The notes below the pieces were generated by a model. The model made no database searches. It was not told the origin of the DNA and saw only the letters and a list, made by a program, of their open reading frames with translations. DNA of 64,000 bases. Origin: Phycisphaeraceae bacterium (GTDB lineage: Bacteria > Planctomycetota > Phycisphaerae > Phycisphaerales > UBA1924). A program made the position numbers and the translations under genes. Each line of letters begins with the position of its first letter. Position 1 is the first letter of the stretch. The stretch is from the NCBI GenBank assembly GCA_019636625.1, contig JAHBXE010000020.1, positions 1-64,000 on the forward strand, given 5' to 3'. Shown piece after piece: positions 29,528 to 39,844 of this stretch.

Positions 29528-30715
29528 CTACGGCGCCCCCGGCAACTTCCCCTCCGGCACCCGCACAAACCGCGGACGGTACTTCGCCGCGTTCGCCACC
29601 ACATCCCAGAAGTCCGTCGAGTTCACGCTGTACGACACCAGGAGCTCCCCACGCCGCGAAACCTCCGGGTGCGCCTTCGCCGAGTACGCCATCATCCGCC
29701 GATCCTCCACCGGCTCCGGGCAGTCGTACAGCCGCACCGCCTCCGACCAGCGCCCCACGGCCAACCCTTTCCCTGGATCCGCCATCGTCCGCGCCAGGAT
29801 CCCCCGACCTAGCAGCCCCTCGCTGTACACCAGCACCAGCGCATCCCGCCCGCGAACCTTCATCCGGTGCAGCGACACCTCGCTCGAAAGCCCGTCCGCC
29901 ACCGCCGCGGCCTCTTCCTCCCGCTCGCTCCACGCCACGCCAGTCCAGAACCGCCACGTCCCGAACCGCTCCACGCTCCCCACCGGCGCCCGCGCCATCA
30001 CCAACTTCTTGTCAAACACGTTCGTCTCATCAATCCCCACGATCAACGCCTCCCCGCCGATCACCACCGCCCCCGTCCCCCACATCAACACCCGCCCGCC
30101 CTCGCGCAACGTCGTCAACTCCCGCTGCGTCATCCTCCACCGCCCCGGCTCCTCCCCCGGGTTGCTCACCATCACCACCGACGTCCCCCGTGCCCGGAAG
30201 TTCCACACGCCCTCGCCCCCGTCCCGCCTCGACATCCGCGACATGAACAGCACCAGCCGCTCGCGCCCATCCGCCCCCGGCGCCACAAACCCACCGCTCG
30301 CCGGCCAGAACCACAGACCCAGTTCCGTGCCATCCCCCGCACCCGCCTCCGTCCGCCCCTCCGGCGCCACCCAAGCCCCCGGCTTCTCCGCCGTGCCGCC
30401 CCACGCGAACGACACCCGCTTCATCCCCCGCTCCCCAACCCCCGTCACGGCGATCGTGTTGTTCACCATCGCCGTCCCCTCCGCGTGCCTCCCCTCGCGC
30501 ACCGGCCCGATGAACGTGTCCCCGAACAGCCACAGCAGCCGCCCCCCGGGCAGCCGCACCGTCGCGGCCCCGTCCGCTCCCGTCCACCCATCCGTGCGCG
30601 TAAACACCGCCTCCCATTCCGGGTCCGGCGTCACGCGATCCAGTTGAGGCTCCATCACCGGCCGCGCCATGCACGACCCCAGCACCGCCGCGCCGATGAG
30701 CCCAAGGACCCTCAT
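29528..30715 (-). CDS. secreted hypothetical protein (DUF4185/sialidase-like, tentative)
   Basis: Start chosen at MRVLGLIGAAVLGSCMA (signal/lipoprotein-like). Contains DGWTGADGAATVRLPGGRLLWLFGDTF. Confidence 0.45.
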   Translation of the reverse strand: MRVLGLIGAAVLGSCMARPVMEPQLDRVTPDPEWEAVFTRTDGWTGADGAATVRLPGGRLLWLFGDTFIGPVREGRHAEGTAMVNNTIAVTGVGERGMKRVSFAWGGTAEKPGAWVAPEGRTEAGAGDGTELGLWFWPASGGFVAPGADGRERLVLFMSRMSRRDGGEGVWNFRARGTSVVMVSNPGEEPGRWRMTQRELTTLREGGRVLMWGTGAVVIGGEALIVGIDETNVFDKKLVMARAPVGSVERFGTWRFWTGVAWSEREEEAAAVADGLSSEVSLHRMKVRGRDALVLVYSEGLLGRGILARTMADPGKGLAVGRWSEAVRLYDCPEPVEDRRMMAYSAKAHPEVSRRGELLVSYSVNSTDFWDVVANAAKYRPRFVRVPEGKLPGAP

Positions 30716-30782
30716 CACCGCTCCCCATCCCCCCTCACGCCCCCGCGCCACCACCGTCCCATCGAGTCGTGCCACCACCGTG

Positions 30783-30930
30783 CCACCACCGTGCCATCGA
30801 AGTCCCGGCTCTGCGGGACTTCGATGCTCCCCCTCCCCCCGAACACCACCAGCAACCCATGCCACCACCGTGTCACCGAGTCGTGCCATCGAAGTCCCGG
30901 CTCTGCGGGACTTCGATGCTCCCACCCCCT
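30783..30930. repeat. two tandem copies of a palindromic hairpin element
   Basis: CATCGAAGTCCCG-gctctg-CGGGACTTCGATG has a perfect 13-bp stem. It occurs twice inside a ~100-bp tandem duplication between nuoE and the DUF4185-like gene. Confidence 0.7.
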
Positions 30931-30989
30931 CCAAACACCACCCGCGGCCCCCGACACAAGTCCCAACGAAACTTCGACACTTCCCCGTC

Positions 30990-31529
30990 TCAGTGATGCC
31001 CATCATCCTTCACGGAATCCAGGATCGCCCCGACCACCCCCGGCTTCACATTCTCGTGCAGCGTCTCATCCACCAGCATCGCCGGCCCGCCCCCGCACGC
31101 CCCGAGGCACTCCAGTTCGATCAGCGTGAACCGCCCATCCTCCGTCGTCTCCCCCACATCGATCGCCAACTTCGCCTTGATCGCCTCCGTCACCTCCGGC
31201 TGTCCACAGAACTCGCACGCGATCGACCGGCACACCCCGATCAGGTGCTTTCCCTTGGGCTTCAGCCAGTACTCCTCATAAAAACTCGCGCAGTCCAGCA
31301 CCTCCGCCGGCGACACCCCCAGAAACTCCGCCAGCTCCTCCATCGCCTGCGCCGGCACCCACCCGTACTCATGCTGAATCAGGTGCAGCCCCGGCATCGT
31401 GCACGCCAGCCTCGTCTCATACCGCGGCAAGACCTTGCTCGTCATCTCCCGCTTCATCGCGGGTGTGAAGTACGGCTCCTCCCGCCGCGCGATCCGCATC
31501 GTCCCCGACTGCTTGGTAATCCAGGCCAT
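30990..31529 (-). CDS. nuoE: NADH-quinone oxidoreductase subunit E-like (2Fe-2S thioredoxin-like)
   Basis: GKHLIGVCRSIACEFCG...ECLGACGGGPAMLV carries the NuoE Cys motifs. Confidence 0.75.
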   Translation of the reverse strand: MAWITKQSGTMRIARREEPYFTPAMKREMTSKVLPRYETRLACTMPGLHLIQHEYGWVPAQAMEELAEFLGVSPAEVLDCASFYEEYWLKPKGKHLIGVCRSIACEFCGQPEVTEAIKAKLAIDVGETTEDGRFTLIELECLGACGGGPAMLVDETLHENVKPGVVGAILDSVKDDGHH

Positions 31530-31584
31530 AGGGCCTAAGCGTACCCACCGCAACGCCCCCCGGCTTGAATCCCCCAACGCTGCT

Positions 31585-32985
31585 TCACGGACACCCCTGC
31601 GCGTACTTGTTCAGGAAGCACTGAAAGTCCGCGGCGGTCATCACCGGCAAAACCGTGCTGCCGTCGCAGTTGGCGTAGGGGTCCTTCGCGGCGTAGGTGT
31701 TGAGGAAACAGATGAAGTCATTGGCGTTGAGAATCCGGTTGTTGTCGCAATCGGCGTAGCACTGCCCGCCCTTGCAGCCCACGTACTGGGCGATCCGCGT
31801 CACGGACCCGCCACCGGCAGAAAAAATGTCGCCGACCACAAACAGCGACTCGCCGCGCCCGTCGTTGGCCACGGCCATCTGCGTTGCGGCCGCCCCGATC
31901 CCCGCCCCCAGGGGCGCCCAGACCTGCCCGTTCCACTTGGCGATGTTGCGCGCGGGGACGCCGCCGGCCAACGAGAACGCGCCGGAGGCGATAAGGGCCG
32001 GGCCCGTACCGTCGTCGAAGACGGTCATCGCGAACACACCGCCCTGAAGATTGGGATCAGGGAATCCAACCCCGCCGCCGACTCCCACCCACGTGCTGCC
32101 GTTCCATCGGACGATGCCCTGCAGCGCCAGGCCGCTGCCGACGGCGGGAGATGCCGCCCTGAATCCCGCGTAGAGCGACAGGCCGTGAACGCCATCGTCG
32201 TAGGCGCACATCGCGTTGGGCCAGAACACGGCGGTGGGATGCGCCCCGGGAAGATCTGCCATTCCAAGCCATCGGTGTCCGTTCCAGCGCGCCATGCCGC
32301 GAGCGGGCACCCCGCTGATCTCTTCGAAAAAGCCGGACACAATCAGTTCCGGACCCTCGCCGAAGTCGAAGGTGAACATGGGTTGATAGGAAACCGGGCC
32401 GCTTCCCTCAGCCATGCGGCCTATTCGCTTCCACGCTTCTCCGGTCCATCGCAGGATCCAATCCGCCCGCTCCGGCTCGAACCCGTGGCGCTCCACACCA
32501 TACAGGCCCGCTATACCTTCTTGGTCCGTAGAGAACATCGGAGAAATGGAAACGCCATGACCCGGGGTAGGATTCACGTACATACCAAATGGTACTGGTC
32601 GCCACCTCACGTGGCGACGCCACATGTACATGGTCCGCACCTGGCCCGCGCCGACACCGATGTAATACAGCCCGAGCCCCTGACCATCGTGAAGCATGCG
32701 AAAGCCGTTCTGCACGCCGGAGCCCAGTGACGCCGCACCAGCGACTTGCCATGCAAAGCCGTCCCACCGGCGCACGGGGTTCTGCGCCAGCGGGTAGTAC
32801 CCGAACCCCGCCCCATAGACTGAGTGCCCTTCGCCAAAGTCCGCGGCGTAAATGCTGTTCACGAAACCATCCGCGGGCACCGGGACGGCCTTCCAGTACG
32901 GCTGGCATTCCTGAGCAAGGCTGCTTCTCGCCAAGGCCGCCATTGCGAGAAGGCATGCAACAGCAATCGCACTCGTGCTTCGCAT
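31585..32985 (-). CDS. secreted beta-propeller-like repeat protein with conserved C-terminal Cys double-repeat domain
   Basis: Signal peptide. (A/I)RWNGxxWxxLG repeats. C-terminus is CYADCDNNRILNANDFICFLNTYAAKDPYANCDGSTVLPVMTAADFQCFLNKYAQGCP. Confidence 0.7.
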   Translation of the reverse strand: MRSTSAIAVACLLAMAALARSSLAQECQPYWKAVPVPADGFVNSIYAADFGEGHSVYGAGFGYYPLAQNPVRRWDGFAWQVAGAASLGSGVQNGFRMLHDGQGLGLYYIGVGAGQVRTMYMWRRHVRWRPVPFGMYVNPTPGHGVSISPMFSTDQEGIAGLYGVERHGFEPERADWILRWTGEAWKRIGRMAEGSGPVSYQPMFTFDFGEGPELIVSGFFEEISGVPARGMARWNGHRWLGMADLPGAHPTAVFWPNAMCAYDDGVHGLSLYAGFRAASPAVGSGLALQGIVRWNGSTWVGVGGGVGFPDPNLQGGVFAMTVFDDGTGPALIASGAFSLAGGVPARNIAKWNGQVWAPLGAGIGAAATQMAVANDGRGESLFVVGDIFSAGGGSVTRIAQYVGCKGGQCYADCDNNRILNANDFICFLNTYAAKDPYANCDGSTVLPVMTAADFQCFLNKYAQGCP

Positions 32986-33000
32986 GGCCGATCTCTTTCG

Positions 33001-34693
33001 TCAGGGCGCCGGGGTGTACCTGTACTTGCGGGTCACGATGTCGTCGCCGTTGGTTGTACCGTTGAACACGTTGCCCGTGACGACAAAGTTGTGCGCACTG
33101 TCTCCGGCGATGGGCGGGTTGAGCTGCATCTTCATCGGGCGGTCGATGCCCGTCGGGAAGCCCGTCAGGTTCAAAATGGCATTGCCATCCACCGCTTTGA
33201 GGGTTGGCGTCTCCGGTTCAGCGGTGTCCTGGCTCGTGAATACCGCGACCCGCCAGTCCACATCGCCCGCCGCGACCGGTGACTGGCCCATCACGTACAC
33301 GCGGTACCCATTCGAATCGTTGACCTGACTCGCATCCTTTACATCCATCGCGACCCCCGTGCAGGTGTCGAAGATATCGACCACGGGATCATTCTGTTCC
33401 TTGTTCAACCACGCCGACCAGCGCAGGTCCTCCCCCATGTACAGGCACACCAGCGAATCCCGGCCGCGGCTGCTGTCCCGGTACCCGTTGCCCGCCACCG
33501 CGATAAAGTCGCCAAACGACTCGGGGATTTCGGTGGTCGGGTGGATCGTCACCGCCAGCGCCTCGTTGTAACCCGGATCCTGGCCGCGTGCGTTATACGC
33601 AGCACCCCATACGGGCGGGCTGACGGATGTGAAGTTGAACTTCACGGTCAGCATGTACACCGTGTCAACCCCCGACACCCGTCCCACGCCGACGGCATAA
33701 TCACGCACTACACCGTCGTTGATCCCGTCCATCGCGTTGGCCTTGACAACCGAGTGCTCGCTCGGCGCCGGGTACTCGATCTCAAAACGCTCCCAGGCCC
33801 CACTCACCGCCCTGTACTTGAACGCCTTAAGGGAGTTGCCCATCACGCCGTCGTTCATGGTCGCCACCACGTAGGCAACGCCAGTCTCGCCGGAGATCTG
33901 ATCCATGACCATGTGATTCCAGCACCCGGCCGCAAGGTCGTTCCCGTTCGTGCTTGCTTCGACTTCCCAGTTGACCGCCTTTCCGTTCGAGATCTGGTGG
34001 AACACCGTCACCACGTCCCAGTTGAAGCCGTTGAACGTGTTCCCGGTCACACACGCCACATTGGTGCCCGGCCAGATGGAAAGGTCCACCGGGTACTCAT
34101 CGACCTGCAGCGCCGTTTCCAACGCGATCGGCGCCGTGAACTTCTGGTCCCAGCGCACCACCAGATTCCCGTTGAAGCACACCGTCCGAAAGTCCGTGTT
34201 CCCCGTGTCGGGCGCGGAGGAATACCCGGTGACCAGAACGTATGTCTTCTCAGGCTCATCGTGTTCAGTCTCTTGGACGACTTTCATCGCCACGGGCACA
34301 AAGTAGTCCGTCGCCGAAGGCTGACCGGGGTGCAAGAACGACTGCGAGCACGAGGCATCGCCGATGCAATCCCCCGTGGCGTAGTCATACCGTTTGATTA
34401 CCAGCGTCCACCCGCCCCCCCAGTTTCCTTCGATGTAGGTGCGCCCGGCGACGAACGTCACCGGTCGGGCGACGTTGTCGACCTTCATGTTGACGGTCTG
34501 CGTGCCGACCGCGCTGTCCCCAAGCGCCGCCCCCCCTTCGCCGTTGTAGGGCGGGGGCCACATCGGGTGCGGAGGGTTCGCGACCGGCCACATCTCCGCG
34601 ATCGATGACTGCCCCAGAACGGGCTCAGCACCCATACCCCCCCCCCCACAACACCCCCACAACCCCCCAAACCAGCCCAGTTCTCCGCTTCAT
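33001..34693 (-). CDS. secreted hypothetical protein, N-terminus interrupted at a G11 homopolymer
   Basis: Main ORF is 553 aa with no recognised domain. The ATG at 34693 encodes the signal-peptide-like MKRRTGLVWGVVGVLWGGG in another frame. It joins the main frame only if the 11-nt C/G tract at 34637-34647 changes length. Confidence 0.5.
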
Positions 34694-35151
34694 CGCGCGC
34701 TCCTTCGCCCCCCAAGGCCCCAGAAAGCCGGCGTACACACGGCGCGACACCACCGAGTTCTACCGAACAACCTACATCACGGTTGCAGGGGTGTCAAGGA
34801 AATAGTGTGTGCCCTCGCCGTGAGTCGCGGGTCGGCGTGCCGCCGCCGCACAGTCGTGAGCGACTCCATCAACGGCCCGCTGTCCGCTCCGCTGGCAGCA
34901 CGGCAAGTCGCCACCCTCCCGTCGAGCCGCCCGGGGCTCTTCGCACCGACTGTTCACCCCGCGGCAGCGGTTGGCCCATCGACCCCATGACCTCCCGTGC
35001 CACGAACTACGCCAGCATGCCGGGAATCACCAGCAGCACCGCGCCCGCCGGGTCAAACTGGTGTTCAGAGAACTTGAACTGCTCATCGAGCCCGCGGCAT
35101 CCACCCAGCCCCGACAAGAGGATGAGCATCCCGCCGCGAGTCCGGATCGCT

Positions 35152-35355
35152 TCACCTGCACCGGCACGCCTCCGCAATCGCATGGATTCCGTACGCGATC
35201 GCCAGCGCCCCGACCAGGAACCACCCCCCATCCCCGCACGCATCCACGTGCAGGCCGGGGCCATAATAATGCGCATGGAACCCATGGCACCCGCCCAGCC
35301 CGGCAACCAGCCCAAGCCCCACTCCGACCAACAAAGGCTTCCTCATCGCTTTCAT
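35152..35355 (-). CDS. small lipoprotein-like protein
   Basis: MKAMRKPLLVGVGLGLVAGLGGC gives a signal peptide and a lipobox. An RBS-like GGGAGTGAG lies upstream. Confidence 0.35.
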   Translation of the reverse strand: MKAMRKPLLVGVGLGLVAGLGGCHGFHAHYYGPGLHVDACGDGGWFLVGALAIAYGIHAIAEACRCR

Positions 35356-35449
35356 GGCTCACTCCCCGGCGGCACGCGCCGCCTCTCCACCGACCCCGCA
35401 CCATCGCGCCAACACCATGCACCCGCCATCGTCACCAGGCGATAGCGTT

Positions 35450-36244
35450 CTACTTCTCCTCCTTGACCGCATCCGCCGCCCGCTCCGGCTCCTCCCCCTC
35501 CTTCGATCCCGCCTTCCCCTTCCACACCCCCGGCGTGAACGAATCCTGCCCCAGCAGCGGCCCCTCCGCCGTTTCCCGCTCCACGCTGCCGCGGCTCACC
35601 AGCGGCGCTTCTTCCTTCCGCTTCGCCCCCGCCACCGCCTCCGCATCGCCCCACCACACGCAGTGCACCACCGCCCCATCCGGCGCGATCAGTTGCACGC
35701 AATCGCCCTTGTTCGCCAGCCCCACACGCGATGAGTCCACCCCCATCGTGAACACCAGCGCCCCGCCGAACTTCCCGTTGCCACCCTCCGGCGCCGCCTT
35801 GGCCGTCCCCACCGGCCCCGTCCACTTCGCCCCGTGCCCGTTGAACACCACCGCCACCTGCCCGGGCTTGAGCTCCACCGCCGGGAACCGGAACCGCAGA
35901 GATGTGTACGCCTTCCCGTCCTTCTCCAGCGCCCGGTCCGCCAGCACGTACCCCCCCAGTTGGATCGGCGCGTCATGCACGTTCACCAGCTCGATGAACT
36001 CATCCCCGTTCACATCCCGCACCCCGTCCCCGTTCGCATCCCCCGCCGCCCCAGGCGCCACCGCGTACAGGATCTCCGTGATGAGCGGGTGCCGCTCTGT
36101 CCGTTCAGCCGCCTTCTCCGACGGCTTCTCCCCGTCCTTCCGCGCTTCCCTCCCCGGCCCCGCGGGCTGACCCATGCCCGCCACGATCAACGCCAAGACA
36201 CCCGAGGCAAGACCCGTGAACATCCCGGCCGGACCCGCCATCAC
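35450..36244 (-). CDS. lamin-tail-domain (LTD) protein
   Basis: LITEILYAVAPGAAGDANGDGVRDVNGDEFIELVN is the LTD signature. A signal/TM segment is present. Confidence 0.6.
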   Translation of the reverse strand: MMAGPAGMFTGLASGVLALIVAGMGQPAGPGREARKDGEKPSEKAAERTERHPLITEILYAVAPGAAGDANGDGVRDVNGDEFIELVNVHDAPIQLGGYVLADRALEKDGKAYTSLRFRFPAVELKPGQVAVVFNGHGAKWTGPVGTAKAAPEGGNGKFGGALVFTMGVDSSRVGLANKGDCVQLIAPDGAVVHCVWWGDAEAVAGAKRKEEAPLVSRGSVERETAEGPLLGQDSFTPGVWKGKAGSKEGEEPERAADAVKEEK

Positions 36245-36612
36245 TCATCCCTCCGCTTCACGGTGAACACCGTCTCGTCCCGTTCCATGACCGACGCCGA
36301 CGTCACATCCAGCCGCGTCATCCCCGGCGAAATCAGCGCCCGCCCGTTCACCGACTTCTTCGTCTGCGTCCCCGCATCGATCACCACCCGCTGAAACGCC
36401 ACCCGCTTGGGCCCCAGTTTCGCGTGCTCCCCCGGCCCCACACGCACCGAGTCCAGCACCCAGTCCGGCTGGATCGCATCCACCTGCAGCATCTGCACGA
36501 ACACCGGCTCCCCCGTCATGTTCCGCACATCCGCCGTGTACGTGCAACCCCCCAGCCCCACCATGCCGACCAGCGACGCCGCCGACACAAAAGTGAGCAT
36601 CGCCCGCCTCAT
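36241..36612 (-). CDS. small lipoprotein (paralog 1)
   Basis: MRRAMLTFVSAASLVGMVGLGGC lipobox. Shares VRNMTG...SPGMT motifs with its neighbour. Confidence 0.5.
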   Translation of the reverse strand: MRRAMLTFVSAASLVGMVGLGGCTYTADVRNMTGEPVFVQMLQVDAIQPDWVLDSVRVGPGEHAKLGPKRVAFQRVVIDAGTQTKKSVNGRALISPGMTRLDVTSASVMERDETVFTVKRRDE

Positions 36613-36977
36613 CGAACAAGCTCCAGCCGGATCGGCCCCTCGTCCCCCTGCCGCGTCACGTTCACGTACGTCATCCCCGGCGACAGCGGCATCCGCGCCG
36701 GCACCCCGGGGTTGTTCGGTGCCGTCACGCTCAACTCCAGCCGCTCAAACCGCCCACGCCGCGGCAGCGACAACTGCTTCCGGTCGTTCGGAAACACGTT
36801 CGTCCCCGCCGCCACCACCACCCGCTCCGAGTGGTCGTGCACCACCGACGCCTGCACCGTCCCGCCCGTCATGTTCCTCACTTCCACCACGTAATCCACC
36901 TTCATCCCGCGGCACCCCCCAAGCCCCAATCCCGCCGCCGCCACGCCAGCCACCAGCAACGCCCGTGTCATGGTTTT
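36609..36977 (-). CDS. small lipoprotein (paralog 2)
   Basis: MKTMTRALLVAGVAAAGLGLGGC lipobox. Overlaps paralog 1 by 4 nt. Confidence 0.5.
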   Translation of the reverse strand, partial: KTMTRALLVAGVAAAGLGLGGCRGMKVDYVVEVRNMTGGTVQASVVHDHSERVVVAAGTNVFPNDRKQLSLPRRGRFERLELSVTAPNNPGVPARMPLSPGMTYVNVTRQGDEGPIRLELVR

Positions 36978-37121
36978 CATATCGTAAGTATAGCAAGGAC
37001 TAACCAGCACCACAACGCCAAAATCGCCCTCCAGAGCGATCAACGTCCAATAGCCTACCAAATCCCTTTGGAGTCAGGCCCGCGTTCGGTTAGGCTCTCG
37101 TCTGTTCCCCGAGATCCCGCC

Positions 37122-38003
37122 ATGAAAGCCGCCCTCCTCTTGGCCACCTTCGCCACCCCCGCCCTCGCCCAGCCCCCCATCCACGTCGTCCTCGACATGG
37201 ACCCCGCCACCCCCGGCATCCAGAACTCCATCACCATACCCGCCCGCACCACCACGCTCCGCGGACTCGCCGTCTATATCTACGACCCCCTCGCCTCGCG
37301 CACCATCCGCGGCATCGGCTACCTCGGCGGCCTCGACCGCGGCATCGCCCTCGGCCACCAACCGTCCAACCTCCACACCGGCTCCATCACCGCCCTCACC
37401 GGCCACCTCGGCTCCCCCCTCATCCCCAACGCCAACCACTACCTCACCAGCGGCGTCCAGAAAGGCTTCGCCGGCCCCGAGATCCACTACATCCAGACCA
37501 ACGGCGCCCCGACCACGCTCCCCGCCGCGCCGCTCACTCCTGTGTTCACCGTCGATGTCCACCTCGCCAACGCCTCCCCCGGCGACATCTACACCCTCGC
37601 CCTCCTCGACATGGTCGCCGTCTGGCGAGGCAAGGGCGGCGCCTTCACCACCCAGCCCGGCAACGGCCTCGACACCGGCGGCGACGCCAACCCCGAGGGC
37701 ACCCAGACCGCTCTCGGCCCCGACCCCGATCCCCCCGCCCCCGTCCCGCCCGCCTCCTTCCTCGTCGACTACATCGACGGCCTCCAGGGCTGGGGCGGCG
37801 CCCGTATCGTTGTGTCTTGCTACGCCAACTGCGACGGTTCCACGGGAACACCCTCCCTCAGCGCCAACGACTTCCAGTGCTTCCTCAACAAAGTCGCGCA
37901 GGCCGACCCCTACGCCAACTGCGACCAGTCCACCGGAACCCCGGTGCTCACCGCCAACGACTTCCAGTGTTTCCTGAACGCCTTTGCCGGAGGGTGCCCG
38001 TGA
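37122..38003 (+). CDS. secreted protein with conserved C-terminal Cys double-repeat domain
   Basis: Signal peptide MKAALLLATFATPALAQP. C-terminus is CYANCDGSTGTPSLSANDFQCFLNKVAQADPYANCDQSTGTPVLTANDFQCFLNAFAGGCP. Confidence 0.65.
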   Translation: MKAALLLATFATPALAQPPIHVVLDMDPATPGIQNSITIPARTTTLRGLAVYIYDPLASRTIRGIGYLGGLDRGIALGHQPSNLHTGSITALTGHLGSPLIPNANHYLTSGVQKGFAGPEIHYIQTNGAPTTLPAAPLTPVFTVDVHLANASPGDIYTLALLDMVAVWRGKGGAFTTQPGNGLDTGGDANPEGTQTALGPDPDPPAPVPPASFLVDYIDGLQGWGGARIVVSCYANCDGSTGTPSLSANDFQCFLNKVAQADPYANCDQSTGTPVLTANDFQCFLNAFAGGCP

Positions 38004-39406
38004 CGACTTCACCATACCGCGTTGTCCCGACCGCTTTCGGCCTTGCTCTCCTCGCCGGGCTTCCTGTCTCTGCCCAGCCGTGCATCTGGGAGTACACACC
38101 CGCTTCGTCCAGCCCCGGCCTTCGCTTCTTCCAGTCAACCGCCTACGACGCTGGACGCGACCGCATCGTCCTTTTCGGCGGATCCCAGTCAACCTATCTC
38201 GGCGACACATGGGAATGGGATGGGTCCGCCTGGCTCCTCCGCTCGACGACCGGACCATCCCCGCGATCGCGTGCCGCCATGGCCTACGACTCCGTTCGCT
38301 CCAAGGTCGTCCTCTTCGGCGGCATGGCCTCGCCAACGGCCTATCTGAACGACACGTGGGAGTGGGACGGCTCCACATGGACGCGCCTGGCCGACGCGCC
38401 GCCACAGGTCAACTTCTCCGCCATGGCCTTCGACTCGGTCCGCGGCCGAACGGTCGCCCTGGGCGGCTCGGCGCTCCGACACACCCTCGAGTGGGACGGC
38501 GCATCGTGGACGGTCAATCCGGCTCAGGGCCCCAACGAACCCGCCGGCAGCACCATGGTCTTCGACGCCGCGCGCGCCCGCATCATTCTCGCCGCCGCGG
38601 GCCTTGGTCCCAACGCCCCAATGCTCATCTTTGAGTACGACGGCGTCTCATGGACCCAACGCCCGTCCACCAACGCCCCGCCCGCACGTCAAAGGGCCGC
38701 CGCCGCTTTCGATCCGATCCGCCGGCGCCTCATCCTCACCGGCGGGCTTACCGGCTCGCAACTGATCGCCAAGGACACCTGGGAGTGGGATCCGACCACC
38801 GCCGAATGGTCCCGCCGTGCCGAATACCTCCCCTGGATCCGCCCGACGCCGTCGATGGCCTGGGACTCCGCCCGCGGCAAGGCGGTGCTCATCGGCCGGC
38901 CCAATGTCGCCAGCGACATCGAAGTCTGGTACCACAACGGCGCGGGCACGTCCGAGTTCCAGATCGCCCAACCGCCGCAGAATCTCTCCATCGACATCTT
39001 CGAACCGGTCCAGTTCTCCGTCGTCGCGCCAAACGCGACCGCCTTCCGGTGGTACCTCAACAACGCGCCCCTCACCGACGGTCCCCTGGTCTCAGGCGCA
39101 TCCACCGACACGCTCTCGATCTCCTACACCACGTTCAGCTCCGCTGGCACGTACACCGTCGTCGCGCACGGCCACTGCGGCCCCGCCTATGCCAGCGCCA
39201 CCCTCTCGATTGCCCCCAACAGTTGCTACGCCAACTGCGATACATCAAGCGGGTTCCCGGTGCTGACCGCGGGCGACTTTCAGTGCTTCCTCAACAAGTT
39301 CGCCGCCGGCCACCCCTACGCGAACTGCGACGGCTCCACCGGCACGCCCCTGCTCACCGCCAACGACTTTGTGTGCTACCTGAACGCGTTTGTTCGGTGC
39401 CAATAG
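38000..39406 (+). CDS. secreted Kelch-repeat protein with conserved C-terminal Cys double-repeat domain
   Basis: GTG start overlaps the upstream stop (GTGA). Signal peptide. Five (D)TWEWDGxxW Kelch-like repeats. C-terminus is CYANCDTSSGFPVLTAGDFQCFLNKFAAGHPYANCDGSTGTPLLTANDFVCYLNAFVRCQ. Confidence 0.65.
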   Translation: MTTSPYRVVPTAFGLALLAGLPVSAQPCIWEYTPASSSPGLRFFQSTAYDAGRDRIVLFGGSQSTYLGDTWEWDGSAWLLRSTTGPSPRSRAAMAYDSVRSKVVLFGGMASPTAYLNDTWEWDGSTWTRLADAPPQVNFSAMAFDSVRGRTVALGGSALRHTLEWDGASWTVNPAQGPNEPAGSTMVFDAARARIILAAAGLGPNAPMLIFEYDGVSWTQRPSTNAPPARQRAAAAFDPIRRRLILTGGLTGSQLIAKDTWEWDPTTAEWSRRAEYLPWIRPTPSMAWDSARGKAVLIGRPNVASDIEVWYHNGAGTSEFQIAQPPQNLSIDIFEPVQFSVVAPNATAFRWYLNNAPLTDGPLVSGASTDTLSISYTTFSSAGTYTVVAHGHCGPAYASATLSIAPNSCYANCDTSSGFPVLTAGDFQCFLNKFAAGHPYANCDGSTGTPLLTANDFVCYLNAFVRCQ

Positions 39407-39463
39407 CGCTGAGGCGCCAAGCACAATCCCGCACCGGTCTCGGCGCGCCCTCGAAACACCCCT

Positions 39464-39829
39464 TCACCGATCCTCCCTCACCCTCACCCGCGGCTGCCCA
39501 TCCTTGCCCGCCTCCGGGTTCGGCCCGATCACCACCCTCGACAGCCCCACCAGCATCCGGTACACCGACGGCGGCGACGCCTCATCGCCCACCACCCGCG
39601 CCTCCAGCGAGACCTTCTCATCCCGCTCCGCCTTCGTGTGAAACGTCACGTTCTGCCCCGGCCCCACCTGCACCGACTCCACCGTCCGCGCCGAATCCTT
39701 CTTCGCCGCCTGCACCCGCAGCTCCACCGGCTGCTGCATGTTGTTCCGCGCCTGCACGCTGTACCCCGAAGGCGAGCACGCCGTCAACATCGCGACCAGC
39801 ACCGCCAATCCCGCGATAGCACCCTTCAT
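39464..39829 (-). CDS. small lipoprotein (paralog 3)
   Basis: MKGAIAGLAVLVAMLTAC lipobox. Similar in architecture and motifs to the 36241-36977 pair. Confidence 0.5.
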   Translation of the reverse strand: MKGAIAGLAVLVAMLTACSPSGYSVQARNNMQQPVELRVQAAKKDSARTVESVQVGPGQNVTFHTKAERDEKVSLEARVVGDEASPPSVYRMLVGLSRVVIGPNPEAGKDGQPRVRVREDR

Positions 39830-39844
39830 CGCACTATCCTTTCC

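Noticed and set aside
28100-29957. Two long overlapping ORFs (28100-29812 plus, 28683-29957 minus)
   Set aside because: They overlap the polyferredoxin and DUF4185-like genes and are low-complexity with no motifs.
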